A stretch of DNA of 64,000 nucleotides from Alphaproteobacteria bacterium (GTDB lineage: Bacteria; Pseudomonadota; Alphaproteobacteria; SP197): positions 5,376,001 to 5,440,000 of the forward strand of contig OZ245842.1 in the NCBI GenBank assembly GCA_965228895.1, read 5' to 3'. The first letter of the stretch is position 1; the number at the start of each line of letters is the position of its first letter. Position numbers and translations under genes: made by a program. The notes under the pieces are model-generated. The model was not told the DNA's origin, ran no database searches, and saw only the letters and a list, made by a program, of their open reading frames with translations. Shown here piece by piece: positions 1 through 9,107 of the stretch.

Positions 1-1645
1 GCTGGCCGCCGTTCACCGCCAGGCGCACCCGGCAGCCGTCCAGCGCCAGTTTCTCCGCCAGCCCATAGCCGACCCAGTCGCAGCGCCAGTCGGCGATGAC
101 AACGCTTTGGCCGACATTCGCCTCGCCTCTCAAGACCTGCCAGGCATCGACCACGTGACCGTCGTCGCGGCCGTCAAACTCTGCGTCGCTGGGCCGTGCG
201 CCGGTGGCGATGATGATGGCGTCGGGTTTCTCCGCCTCGACCAGTGCCCGGTCGACTGGGGTGTTGAGCTTGACCGTGACGCCGGCCAGTTCCATCTCGC
301 GGGCGAGGTTGGTGACGATGCCGCCAAACTCCGCGCGGCCCGGCAGAAGTTGCGCGAGCAGGGTTTGGCCGCCGAGCTGTGGTGCCGCTTCGCATAGGGT
401 GACCTGGTGTCCGCGCTCCGCGGCGACCGCGGCGGCCTTCATGCCGGCTGGCCCGCCGCCGGCGACCAGTACCTTCTTTGGCTGCGGCGCCGGTCGGCGC
501 GGCTGATAGGTCTCTTCGCGCCCGGTTTCCGGGTGCTGGATGCACGATATCGCCGCGCCGGCGAAGAAATGACCGATGCAGGCTTGGTTGCAGGCGATAC
601 AGGCGCGGATATCGTCGATCCGCCCGTCGCTTGCCTTGTTCGCCATCTCGGGGTCGCAGATCATGGCGCGGGTCATGCCGCAGGCATCCGCGTCGCCGCG
701 TGCGATGATCTGTTCGGCGATCTGCGGTTGGTTGATGCGCCCGGTGACGATCACCGGCACCGCGACCTTGTCCTTGACCGTGCGGCCATAGGGCGCGGTG
801 TAGCCGGCGTCCTCTGTCATCGGCGGCACGATGTGATAGGAGCCCGGCCGGGTCGCCGAGCTGCCGGCAACGACACTGAGATAATCGACCAAGCCTTCGG
901 CGGCCAGTTTTTCGCAGGCTGCCGTCGACTCGTCGGTCTCCAGCCCGATCCCGTCGAGGTCTTCTCCGGAAATACGGGCGCCCACGGCCATGCCGGCGCC
1001 GATGCGATCACGCACGGCGACCAGCACGTCGTTGAGGAAACGCAGGCGGTTCTCGAAGCTGCCGCCATAGTCGTCGCTACGCCGGTTGATCTTCGCCGAC
1101 AGGAACTGGGCCGGCAGATAACCGTGGCTGGCGACGATCTCGACGCCATCCACACCGGCCTGCTGGAGGCGCGCGGCGGCGTCGGCGTAGCCGGTGACGA
1201 CCTCGTCAATCATGCCCTGTGTCATCGCGCGCGGCTTGATGTGATAACGCTCGTTGGGTGTGCCCGAGGGCGACCAGGCGACCGGGAGCGTGCCGTCGGC
1301 ACTGCCCAAAACCTCGCGGCCGGGATGGAAGAGCTGGCCGAAGCAAACCGCGCCCTCATCGTGGATCGCTTGCGCCAGTCGCGTGTAGCCCGGCAGGCAG
1401 CCGTCGTGGTGCGCCTGCAGGATGTGCGCAGAATAGAAGGCGGTCGGGTGCACGGTCGCCACCTGGATCACGATTAACCCGGCGCCGCCCCTGGCGCGCG
1501 CCGCCTGATAGGCGATCAACCGGTCACCGGGAAAGCCGTCGTGGTCGGCCATGCCCGTGTCGTGTCCGGTCGAGACAGTTCGGTTGCGCAACGTCACCGG
1601 CCCGATCGAAAGCGGCGACATCAAATGCTGAAAGGCTTGTGTCAT
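1..1645 (-). CDS. NADH:flavin oxidoreductase (Old Yellow Enzyme barrel + Fe-S + FAD/NAD domain), 3' end runs off the window
   Basis: Not in the ORF track because it has no stop in the window. Manual translation from ATG 1645: MTQAFQHLMSPLSIGPVTLRNRTVSTGHDTG...YQAARARGGAGLIV, later CIACNQACIGH (Fe-S motif) and VLVAGGGPAGMKAA (Rossmann motif). Confidence 0.9.
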   Translation of the reverse strand, partial: MTQAFQHLMSPLSIGPVTLRNRTVSTGHDTGMADHDGFPGDRLIAYQAARARGGAGLIVIQVATVHPTAFYSAHILQAHHDGCLPGYTRLAQAIHDEGAVCFGQLFHPGREVLGSADGTLPVAWSPSGTPNERYHIKPRAMTQGMIDEVVTGYADAAARLQQAGVDGVEIVASHGYLPAQFLSAKINRRSDDYGGSFENRLRFLNDVLVAVRDRIGAGMAVGARISGEDLDGIGLETDESTAACEKLAAEGLVDYLSVVAGSSATRPGSYHIVPPMTEDAGYTAPYGRTVKDKVAVPVIVTGRINQPQIAEQIIARGDADACGMTRAMICDPEMANKASDGRIDDIRACIACNQACIGHFFAGAAISCIQHPETGREETYQPRRPAPQPKKVLVAGGGPAGMKAAAVAAERGHQVTLCEAAPQLGGQTLLAQLLPGRAEFGGIVTNLAREMELAGVTVKLNTPVDRALVEAEKPDAIIIATGARPSDAEFDGRDDGHVVDAWQVLRGEANVGQSVVIADWRCDWVGYGLAEKLALDGCRVRLAVNGGQ

Positions 1646-1675
1646 GGCGTCTCTGTCGATAATCGTGGTTTGGGA

Positions 1676-3061
1676 TCAGGCCGGGATGATCTTGCCCGGG
1701 TTCATGATGTCCTGCGGGTCCAGCGCCTGTTTGAGCTGGCGCATGACGGCGACGGCCTCGCCGTGTTCGGCCTGCAGATACTTCATCTTGCCGATCCCGA
1801 CACCGTGTTCGCCGGTCGAGGTTCCGCCCATCGCCAGGGCGCGCATGATCAGGCGGTCGTTGATGCGCTCGGCCTCCGCCATCTCCTTGGGGTCGTCGCG
1901 GTCAAGCACGAACGCCAGATGAAAGTTGCCGTCGCCGACATGGCCGACCAGGGGCGCGGTCAGGAAACTCTTGGCGAGGTCGGCCTTGGTCTCGGCGATG
2001 CAGGCGGCGAGATTGGAAATGGGCACACAGACATCGGTCGCCCACAGCGAGCAGCCCGGTCTCAGCGCCTTCGCCGCATAGGCGGCGTCGTGGCGGGCCT
2101 GCCATAGCTTGTTGCGGTCTTCCTGACGGGTCGTCCACTGAAAATCACCACCGCCAAACTCGTGGGCGATCTCGCCGAACCGCTCGGCCTGTTCGGCGAC
2201 GCTGGCCTCGGTGCCGTGGAATTCCAGGAACAAGGTCGGCGCGACCCGGTAGTCCAGGTCCGAATAGCGGTTGACGGCATCAAGCTGGACCTCATCCAGA
2301 AGCTCGATGCGCGCGACGGGAATGCCCATCTGGATGGTCGCGATCACCGTGTCGACGGCGCCTTCGATGGTGTCGAAGCTGACCACGGCAGCGCTCATCG
2401 CTTCGGGTATGCCGTAGAGCCGCAACGTCACCTCGGTGATCACGCCGAGCGTGCCCTCGGATCCGACGAACAGCCTGGTCAGATCATAGCCCGCCGATGA
2501 TTTGCGAGCGCGCCGCGCGGTGCGTATCAGGCGCCCGTCGGCCAAAACCACATTCAGCGACAGGACATTCTCGCGCATGGTGCCGTAACGCACGGCATTG
2601 GTGCCCGACGCCCGGGTTGCGGTCATGCCGCCCAGCGACGCATCGGCGCCCGGATCGATGGGAAAGAAGAGGCCGCGATCGCGCAGATGCTCGTTGAGTT
2701 GCTTGCGCGTCACGCCCGGTTCGACCCGGCAGTCCAGATCCTCGTCGTTGACCTCCAAGACGCGATTCATGGCCATCATATCGATCGAGACGCCGCCCCG
2801 GACGGCCTGGACGTGGCCCTCAAGCGACGTGCCCGTGCCATAGGGCACCAACGGCGTGCCGTTGGCGGCACACAGCTTGACGATCTCAACCACTTCTTCG
2901 GCATTGTCGGGGAAACAGACGGCGGCCGGCGCTTCGGTCGGGTGCCAGCCTTCATCGTGGCCGTGCTGTTCGCGCACGGCCTCGGCGGTACTGACCCGAT
3001 CCCCCAAAAGCGCCTTAATGTCGTCGTAGAGCGATGGTGCTAGCTTAGCGTTTGATGTCAT
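1676..3061 (-). CDS. FAD-linked oxidase, D-lactate dehydrogenase (cytochrome)/GlcD family
   Basis: PYGTGTSLEGH, FFPIDPGADASLGGM, GHVGDGNFH, GEHGVGIGK and the C-terminal DPQDIMNPGK. Confidence 0.9.
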   Translation of the reverse strand: MTSNAKLAPSLYDDIKALLGDRVSTAEAVREQHGHDEGWHPTEAPAAVCFPDNAEEVVEIVKLCAANGTPLVPYGTGTSLEGHVQAVRGGVSIDMMAMNRVLEVNDEDLDCRVEPGVTRKQLNEHLRDRGLFFPIDPGADASLGGMTATRASGTNAVRYGTMRENVLSLNVVLADGRLIRTARRARKSSAGYDLTRLFVGSEGTLGVITEVTLRLYGIPEAMSAAVVSFDTIEGAVDTVIATIQMGIPVARIELLDEVQLDAVNRYSDLDYRVAPTLFLEFHGTEASVAEQAERFGEIAHEFGGGDFQWTTRQEDRNKLWQARHDAAYAAKALRPGCSLWATDVCVPISNLAACIAETKADLAKSFLTAPLVGHVGDGNFHLAFVLDRDDPKEMAEAERINDRLIMRALAMGGTSTGEHGVGIGKMKYLQAEHGEAVAVMRQLKQALDPQDIMNPGKIIPA

Positions 3062-3144
3062 GGTCTGAGCCTAGTCGAAACCGGCGTTCTTGTCGTTATG
3101 GGGCTCAGCCGCCAGTCGGTCTCTAAGGAAGAAGAGGGAGCATC

Positions 3145-3915
3145 ATGTTCGTTGTTTCGCCGTCGCTGCGCCAGGTCGCCTGCGCCATTGCTGCTGTCCT
3201 GCTGCTTGCCGCCTGTCAGTCCGCCCCTGTCACGGGGCGCCAGCAGTTTATCGTCGTCTCCGACAGCGAGGCCAACGAGCTGGGCGCCCAGGCGTTCCAG
3301 GAAATTCTGGCCGACAGCACGATATCGCGCGATCCCCAGATGAACGAGACCGTGCAGCGGATCGGCAAGCGGATTGCCGCGGCAACCGGTTTATCCGGCT
3401 ATGACTGGGAGTTCGTCGTCATCGACGACCCCGAGCCCAATGCCTTCGCGCTACCCGGCGGCAAGGTCGCGGTCCATACCGGCATGTTCAAGGTTGCTGA
3501 GACCGAAGCGCAGCTTGCCGCTGTCATGGGTCACGAGGTCGCGCATGCAACGGCGCGCCATTCGGCCGAGCGCATGTCCCAGCAGATGGCGCTGCAATAC
3601 GGCCTTGAGGCGGCCGGCGCGACGTCGGAGTATGCCGCCCAGAACATCGAGCTTCTGGCTCAGGCCGCGACGCTGGGCGTCATTCTGCCGTTCAGCCGCG
3701 ATCAGGAGGCCGAGGCCGACGAGATCGGGCTGATCTATATGGCGCGCGCCGGTTATGATCCGCGTGCGGCGATCGATCTGTGGCGCAACATGCAGACTTA
3801 CGCCGGATCGGGCGGGCCGGAGTTCCTGTCGACCCATCCCTCGACCGGCAACCGGATTGCTGAACTCGAAGCTGCCATGCCGCGGGCGCTCGCGATCTAC
3901 CAAGCCAACAGCTAG
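3145..3915 (+). CDS. M48 family zinc metallopeptidase, probable lipoprotein
   Basis: Lipobox LLAAC, NAFALPGG, HEVAH (HExxH), EAEADEIG, STHP. Confidence 0.92.
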   Translation: MFVVSPSLRQVACAIAAVLLLAACQSAPVTGRQQFIVVSDSEANELGAQAFQEILADSTISRDPQMNETVQRIGKRIAAATGLSGYDWEFVVIDDPEPNAFALPGGKVAVHTGMFKVAETEAQLAAVMGHEVAHATARHSAERMSQQMALQYGLEAAGATSEYAAQNIELLAQAATLGVILPFSRDQEAEADEIGLIYMARAGYDPRAAIDLWRNMQTYAGSGGPEFLSTHPSTGNRIAELEAAMPRALAIYQANS

Positions 3916-3966
3916 TTGGCGCCGGTCTTCTGCACCGCTTTGCACCCACTTGCAGCAAATGCGGAA

Positions 3967-3996
3967 TTGACCGGGTTTCACTCCGCCCTCTACATT
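3967..3996 (+). promoter_or_regulatory. Putative sigma70 promoter
   Basis: TTGACC-N18-TACATT upstream of a long hairpin and the molybdoenzyme operon. Confidence 0.5.
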
Positions 3997-4024
3997 CCAT
4001 CTGGTCGGTAAAACGGCTCACGAC

Positions 4025-4109
4025 GCTTGCCGTCCGGTGCCAGGGTTCAACGTGCTGCCAATGCCGCAAAGATGCGGCAGGCGGGGCCCGGTCGGGCGGC
4101 GGCTTTTTT
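4025..4109 (+). terminator. Long hairpin with U-tract (terminator, or end of a small/leader RNA)
   Basis: GCTTGCCGTCCGG pairs with TCGGGCGGCGGC, inner TGCCGCA-aaga-TGCGGCA, followed by TTTTTT. Confidence 0.55.
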
Positions 4110-4217
4110 GCTCAAGAGCGGACCGTTCCGTCGGTCGCATGGTGATGTGATCTCATAGCGATTGCAGCAGATGAGCGTCGGGCCAACATGGATGGATATC
4201 ATTCGGGGAAGGACAGC

Positions 4218-5075
4218 ATGCGCTACGAATCACCACACACGATCAAGGCCGCGGTCGGCCTGTTATCGAAAGCGCGGGGCACCTCGCGCATCCTGGCAGG
4301 CGGCACCGATCTTCTGGTGCAAATGCGCTCTGGCATGCTGGAACCGGACCTGATTGTCGACATCAAGCACATTCCAGGCATGTACGACATCACCAAGGAA
4401 AAGGACGGTTACCGCATCGGCGCGGCTGTCTCCGGGGCTGAACTGGGCGAGCACCCCAAGGTCCGAGAGCTGTGGCCGGGCGTGGTCGAATCGGTCGAGC
4501 TGATCGGGTCGACCCAGATCCAGGGCCGCGCCACCATGGTCGGCAACCTGTGCAATGCCTCTCCGGCCGCCGACAGCGTGCCCGCCATGATCGCGGCGCG
4601 GGCCGTCGCCCGCGTTGTCGGGCCCAACCGCGCGCGCAACGTGCCGGTCGAGGACATCGCGGTTGCGCCGGGCAAGACGTCGCTGAAGAAAGGTGAGTTT
4701 GTCGCCTCGGTCTTCCTGCCCAAGCCAAAGCGGCGCACCGGCGAGGCCTATCTGCGGTTTATCCCTAGAACCGAGATGGATATCGCCGTGGTCGGCGCCG
4801 GCGTCAGCCTGACGTTGAACACCAAGGGCGTGTGCTCGGATGCGCGCGTGTCGTTGGGCGCCGTCGCCGCACGTGCGTTGGTGGTCGACGAAGCCGCCGA
4901 TGCGCTGATCGGCACCAAGGTCGACAAGAAGTCGCTCGATAATCTCGCCGCCATCTGTTCGGCCGCCGCCAAGCCGATCGACGACAAACGCGGCACCAAG
5001 GAGTTTCGAATCAAGGTAGCCGGCGTGCTCGCGCGCCGCGCCGCCGCCATCGCACTCAAGCGGGCAAAGGGTTGA
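4218..5075 (+). CDS. Xanthine dehydrogenase family FAD-binding subunit (CoxM-like)
   Basis: LAGGTDL, QIQGRATMVGNLCNASPAAD; ATG 4218 follows GGAAGGA. Confidence 0.92.
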   Translation: MRYESPHTIKAAVGLLSKARGTSRILAGGTDLLVQMRSGMLEPDLIVDIKHIPGMYDITKEKDGYRIGAAVSGAELGEHPKVRELWPGVVESVELIGSTQIQGRATMVGNLCNASPAADSVPAMIAARAVARVVGPNRARNVPVEDIAVAPGKTSLKKGEFVASVFLPKPKRRTGEAYLRFIPRTEMDIAVVGAGVSLTLNTKGVCSDARVSLGAVAARALVVDEAADALIGTKVDKKSLDNLAAICSAAAKPIDDKRGTKEFRIKVAGVLARRAAAIALKRAKG

Positions 5076-5078
5076 ACC

Positions 5079-5570
5079 ATGAGTACAGTTCACGTCACAA
5101 CCACGATCAACGGCGACGACATCGAGTATGTTTGCCGCCCCGATGAATCGCTGCTCGATGTGCTGCGCGATCGCCTCGGCATGACCGGCAGCAAGGAAGG
5201 TTGCGGCACCGGCGACTGCGGTGCCTGTTCGGTCACGATGGATGGCCGACTTGTCTGCTCGTGCCTGGTACTTGGCGCCGAGGCGGGCGGTCACGAGATC
5301 GAGACCATCGAAGGCATGGCTGACGGCGATACGCTGCATCCGCTGCAGGCGAAGTTCCTGGAGCATGCCGCCCTGCAGTGTGGCATCTGCACGCCGGGTT
5401 TCCTGATCGCTGCCCGTAACCTGTTGGAAAACAACCCGAATCCGACAGAAACAGAAGTTCGCTACTGGCTCGCCGGCAATCTCTGCCGCTGTACCGGTTA
5501 CGACAAAATCGTTCGCGCGGTCATGGATGCCGCCAAAGACATGAGGAAGGGACGTCGCAATGCCGCTTGA
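5079..5570 (+). CDS. Xanthine dehydrogenase family 2x[2Fe-2S] subunit (CoxS-like)
   Basis: GCGTGDCGAC, QCGICTPG, NLCRCTGY. Confidence 0.95.
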   Translation: MSTVHVTTTINGDDIEYVCRPDESLLDVLRDRLGMTGSKEGCGTGDCGACSVTMDGRLVCSCLVLGAEAGGHEIETIEGMADGDTLHPLQAKFLEHAALQCGICTPGFLIAARNLLENNPNPTETEVRYWLAGNLCRCTGYDKIVRAVMDAAKDMRKGRRNAA

Positions 5571-7881
5571 TTCAAAGAACGACACCAAGACCAACGGCTT
5601 CAAGACTGTCGGCACGCGGCCTGTCCGCCCCGATGGCGTCGACAAGGTTACCGGCCGCGCGCGCTTCGGCGCCGACATGTCGGCCCCGGGCATGCTGGTC
5701 GGGTACATTCTCAGAAGTCCCCATGCGCACGCACGCATTCGCAAGATCGACACGTCAAAGGCCGAGGCGCTTCCGGGCGTCAAGGCGGTCATCACGTCGA
5801 AGGATCTGAAGGCCCAGCCGGGATGCGATATGGACGTGCTGACCAATGTCATGGCGCGCGGCAAGGCGCTTTATGACGGTCATGCCGTGGCCGCCGTCGC
5901 CGCGGTCGATGCCTCGGTGGCGCGCAAGGCGCTGAAGTTGATCGAGGTCGACTATAAGGTCCTGCCCCATGTCACCGATGTCGACGAGGCGATGAAGCCC
6001 GACGCACCGGTGCTGCACAAACATATAGAGCACGACTATCACCAGGATCTCCTGGAAACGGCCGCTCATGTCACAGGCAAGGATGAACGGACGTTGCCGG
6101 CGGGCAACCGTCCGTCGAACATTGCCGGGCGCTACGAGTTCGGCCATGGCGACGTCAAGAAAGGCTTCCGCGAAGCCGACGTCATCGTCGAGCACGAATT
6201 CACGACCGAGGCGACCCATCAGGGCTATATCGAACCCCACGCGTGCCTGGCGAGCGTCAGCAGTGATGGCTGGGGTGAGCTTTGGGTCTGCACCCAGGGT
6301 CACTTCATGGTGCGCGATGTCTGTGCCAGCCTGCTTGGCATGGACGTTTCGCGGCTGCGCGTGACGGCATCGGAAATCGGTGGTGGTTTCGGCGGCAAGA
6401 CGACCGTTTTCATCGAGCCTGTCGCCTTGGCGCTGTCGCGCAAGGCGGGCCGGCCGGTCAAGGTGGTCATGAGCCGCGAGGAGGTCTTCCGGGCGACCGG
6501 GCCGACATCATCCGCCAGCATGAAGGTCAAGATCGGCGCCAAGAAGGACGGCACGTTCACCGCCGGCGAGGCGATCCTGAAGTACCAAGGCGGCGCCTTC
6601 CCCGGCTCGCCGGTCGAGATGGGCGCCATGTGCGCGTTCGCCTGTTACGACATGAAGCACGTCAAGATCGTCGGCTATGACGTCGTTACCAACCGGCCCA
6701 AGCAGGCGGCTTATCGTGCGCCGGGCGCACCGATGTCCGCCTTCGCGGTCGAAGGCTGCATCGGCGAGCTCGGTGAGAAGCTCGGTATGGACGCGATTGA
6801 TCTTCGGCTGAAGAACGCGGCCAAGGAAGGCACGGTGTCGTCCTATGGCCCGACCTTCGGTCCGGTCGGCTTGGTCGAAACACTGGAAGCCGCGAAAAAG
6901 CACAAGAACTACAAGGTCAAGCTGGGCAAGAACCAGGGCCGCGGCGTTGCCTCCGGTTTCTGGTTCAACTTCGGCGGCCAGACCTGCACGACCATCAATC
7001 TCAACAGCGATGGTACCTTGGGCGTCGCGGTCGGTACGCCGGACATCGGCGGCAGCCGGGCGTCCATGTGCCTGATGGCAGCCGAGGAGCTCGGCATTCC
7101 CTATAAGCAGGTGCGCGCCATCGTCGCCGATACGGCTTCTCTCGGTTACAACGACATCTCCGAAGGCAGCCGCGTGACGTTTTCGAGCGGGCTTGCCACG
7201 ATCCAGGCGACGCGCGAACTGAAGGCAAAGCTGTGTGCCCGCGCCGCCATGATCTGGGGTATCCCCGAAGACGCGGTGACGTGGGAGAACGGCGCCGCCC
7301 GGCCGGCCGGTGCGAATGCCGGCAACTTCGATCCGCTCACAATCGAGGAGTTGGCCGATAAGGCGGCCGCCACGGGCGGTCCGATTGCCGGTCACTACGA
7401 GGTCAACGCCGATGGTGCCGCACCCAGCTTCGCGACCCATGTGGTCGACGTCGAGGTCGACCCGGAAACCGGCGCCATGGAGGTGCTGCGCTACCTCGTT
7501 GTGCAGGACGCCGGCAAGGCGGTCCATCCGGACTATGTCGAAGGCCAGTACCAGGGCGGTGCCGTCCAGGGTATCGGCTGGGTGCTCAACGAAGAGTACA
7601 TCTACGGCGAGGATGGCCGGCTGCAGAACGCAGGTTTCCTGGATTACCGCATCCCCGTCTGCTCCGACGTGCCGATGATCGATACGGTGATCGTCGAGGT
7701 GCCGAACCCCGGTCACCCCTACGGCGTCCGTGGCGTCGGCGAGACGTCGATCGTGCCGCCTTTGGCGGCGGTCGCCAACGCGGTTTCGGCCGCCATGGGT
7801 GTGCGGGCGACGACCTTGCCGATGTCACCACCCCGGGTGCTTGCCGCGCTCGACAACAAAATGCGGCAGGCCGCGGACTAG
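5560..7881 (+). CDS. Xanthine dehydrogenase family molybdopterin-binding subunit (not a CO dehydrogenase)
   Basis: DKVTGRARF, SPHAHARI, IGGGFGGK, active-site loop AYRAPG, QGGAVQGIG, GVGET. Confidence 0.92.
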   Translation: MPLDSKNDTKTNGFKTVGTRPVRPDGVDKVTGRARFGADMSAPGMLVGYILRSPHAHARIRKIDTSKAEALPGVKAVITSKDLKAQPGCDMDVLTNVMARGKALYDGHAVAAVAAVDASVARKALKLIEVDYKVLPHVTDVDEAMKPDAPVLHKHIEHDYHQDLLETAAHVTGKDERTLPAGNRPSNIAGRYEFGHGDVKKGFREADVIVEHEFTTEATHQGYIEPHACLASVSSDGWGELWVCTQGHFMVRDVCASLLGMDVSRLRVTASEIGGGFGGKTTVFIEPVALALSRKAGRPVKVVMSREEVFRATGPTSSASMKVKIGAKKDGTFTAGEAILKYQGGAFPGSPVEMGAMCAFACYDMKHVKIVGYDVVTNRPKQAAYRAPGAPMSAFAVEGCIGELGEKLGMDAIDLRLKNAAKEGTVSSYGPTFGPVGLVETLEAAKKHKNYKVKLGKNQGRGVASGFWFNFGGQTCTTINLNSDGTLGVAVGTPDIGGSRASMCLMAAEELGIPYKQVRAIVADTASLGYNDISEGSRVTFSSGLATIQATRELKAKLCARAAMIWGIPEDAVTWENGAARPAGANAGNFDPLTIEELADKAAATGGPIAGHYEVNADGAAPSFATHVVDVEVDPETGAMEVLRYLVVQDAGKAVHPDYVEGQYQGGAVQGIGWVLNEEYIYGEDGRLQNAGFLDYRIPVCSDVPMIDTVIVEVPNPGHPYGVRGVGETSIVPPLAAVANAVSAAMGVRATTLPMSPPRVLAALDNKMRQAAD

Positions 7882-8130
7882 GTGATGCTGACGGTCAAGC
7901 TCGGCGGCTCACTTGCCGGTCAGGCCGGTGGTAAGACCGAGTTCGAGGTCGAGGGGCGCAATGTCATGGAGATGTTGCGCAACCTCGCCGAAGCCTGCCC
8001 GAAGCTGAAGCCGGTGCTGGATAAAGGCGTGTCGGTTTCGATTGATGGCCAGATGCATCGCGACGCGACCTATCAAACGCTGACGCCGGAGAACGAGATC
8101 TTCGTGCTGCCCCGTATGGCCGGCGGCTGA
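7882..8130 (+). CDS. MoaD/ThiS family sulfur-carrier protein
   Basis: About 82 aa, ubiquitin-like size, C-terminal LPRMAGG. Confidence 0.88.
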   Translation: MMLTVKLGGSLAGQAGGKTEFEVEGRNVMEMLRNLAEACPKLKPVLDKGVSVSIDGQMHRDATYQTLTPENEIFVLPRMAGG

Positions 8131-8140
8131 TCGCGATCTT

Positions 8141-8929
8141 ATGGAAGCCGAGGAGAACCCGTTGGCAATGACGGGCGATGAGGATCTGCTCGACCACTTG
8201 CAGGCGCGCACCGGCATCATCTGCTTTGCCGGCGCCGGCGGCAAAAAGACCAGCATGGTCCATCTGGCCGCGTTGCACGATGGTCATGTCGGATTGACCA
8301 ACACCATCAAGGTGCCGTTTCGCCTGAAACGCGAGTCCGACGATCTGATACCGCTGGATGAGGGTGCCGATGTCGAGGCCGCGCTCGCCGCGCTCGCCGG
8401 CAAGCGGATCGCCGGTTATGCCGGGCCTAAAACCCGGTCGTTCCGTCTGGAAGGGATCGCGCCGGACACCATAGCGGCCATCCACCAGGCGGGTGGTTTC
8501 GATGCGACCTATGTGAAGGTCGATGGCGCGCGCATGCGCCTGGCCAAGGGACACAAATCGGGCGAGCCCATCCTGGTGCCTGGCACGACGACCGTGCTGC
8601 TGTTCGCCTCAGCCCACGTCGTCGGGCGAACGCTGGATGACGAGACGGTCCACCACCCCGATATCTTCGCTGGTCTGGTCGGGGCGGCGGTCGGCGATGT
8701 CATCACGGAAGCCCATGTCGCCGCTGCCTTAAGCCATCAGGTTGCGACCATAGGGGTCGCGACACCGGCACGTATCGTACCGGTCATCAACATGGCCGAC
8801 GATGAGTCCCGGATGGCGGTGGCAAACACGATAGCAAATCAGGTTTGGCAGAACACACCGGCCGTCGAGCGCTTGGCCATCACGTCGATGATCCAGCCTG
8901 ACGCCCTGAAAGACCTTCTGGTTCGTTGA
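8141..8929 (+). CDS. yqeC: YqeC-like selenium-dependent hydroxylase accessory protein
   Basis: N-terminal GAGGKKT P-loop-like motif, TNTIK, VDGARMRLAK...EP, VINMAD; position directly after a Mo hydroxylase. Confidence 0.7.
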   Translation: MEAEENPLAMTGDEDLLDHLQARTGIICFAGAGGKKTSMVHLAALHDGHVGLTNTIKVPFRLKRESDDLIPLDEGADVEAALAALAGKRIAGYAGPKTRSFRLEGIAPDTIAAIHQAGGFDATYVKVDGARMRLAKGHKSGEPILVPGTTTVLLFASAHVVGRTLDDETVHHPDIFAGLVGAAVGDVITEAHVAAALSHQVATIGVATPARIVPVINMADDESRMAVANTIANQVWQNTPAVERLAITSMIQPDALKDLLVR

Positions 8930-8937
8930 TGCTCTTG

Positions 8938-9077
8938 CTAGAGCGGGTCGTGGTTGGGTGGAACCGATAAACGGTTCCACCCAACCACGTGAATCCGCTC
9001 TTTATCCATGATTAGAGCAGATTCACTCGGTTTGACGGCATCGCAAGGCAATTCCATCAAACCGGGATCTGCTCTAG
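8938..9077. repeat. Intergenic double-hairpin palindromic element bounded by CTAG (RIME/REP/MITE-like)
   Basis: Perfect 18-bp inverted repeat 8949-8966/8972-8989; second arm TAGAGCAGAT(9013)...ATCTGCTCTA(9076); CTAG at both ends. Confidence 0.8.
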
Positions 9078-9107
9078 CCTCTGCCGCCAAGAAAAAGGGG
9101 GCAGTTC

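Noticed and set aside
407-1477. 356-aa plus-strand ORF
   Set aside because: Antisense shadow of the minus-strand flavin oxidoreductase, which carries the real motifs.
4134-4162. ModE-like box (CATAGCGAT half-site) before the Mo enzyme
   Set aside because: Only one partial half-site matches; the other arm and the spacing do not fit.
5560-7881. Aerobic CO dehydrogenase (coxMSL order)
   Set aside because: The active-site loop is AYRAPG, not AYxCSFR or AYxGAGR, and no coxDEFG genes are present.
4218-8929. Selenocysteine (in-frame TGA) in the molybdoenzyme operon
   Set aside because: All ORFs appear full-length for their families, and no TGA interrupts a recognisable domain.
8938-9077. CRISPR array or tRNA
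   Set aside because: These are inverted repeats with no direct repeat-spacer periodicity, cloverleaf or cas genes.
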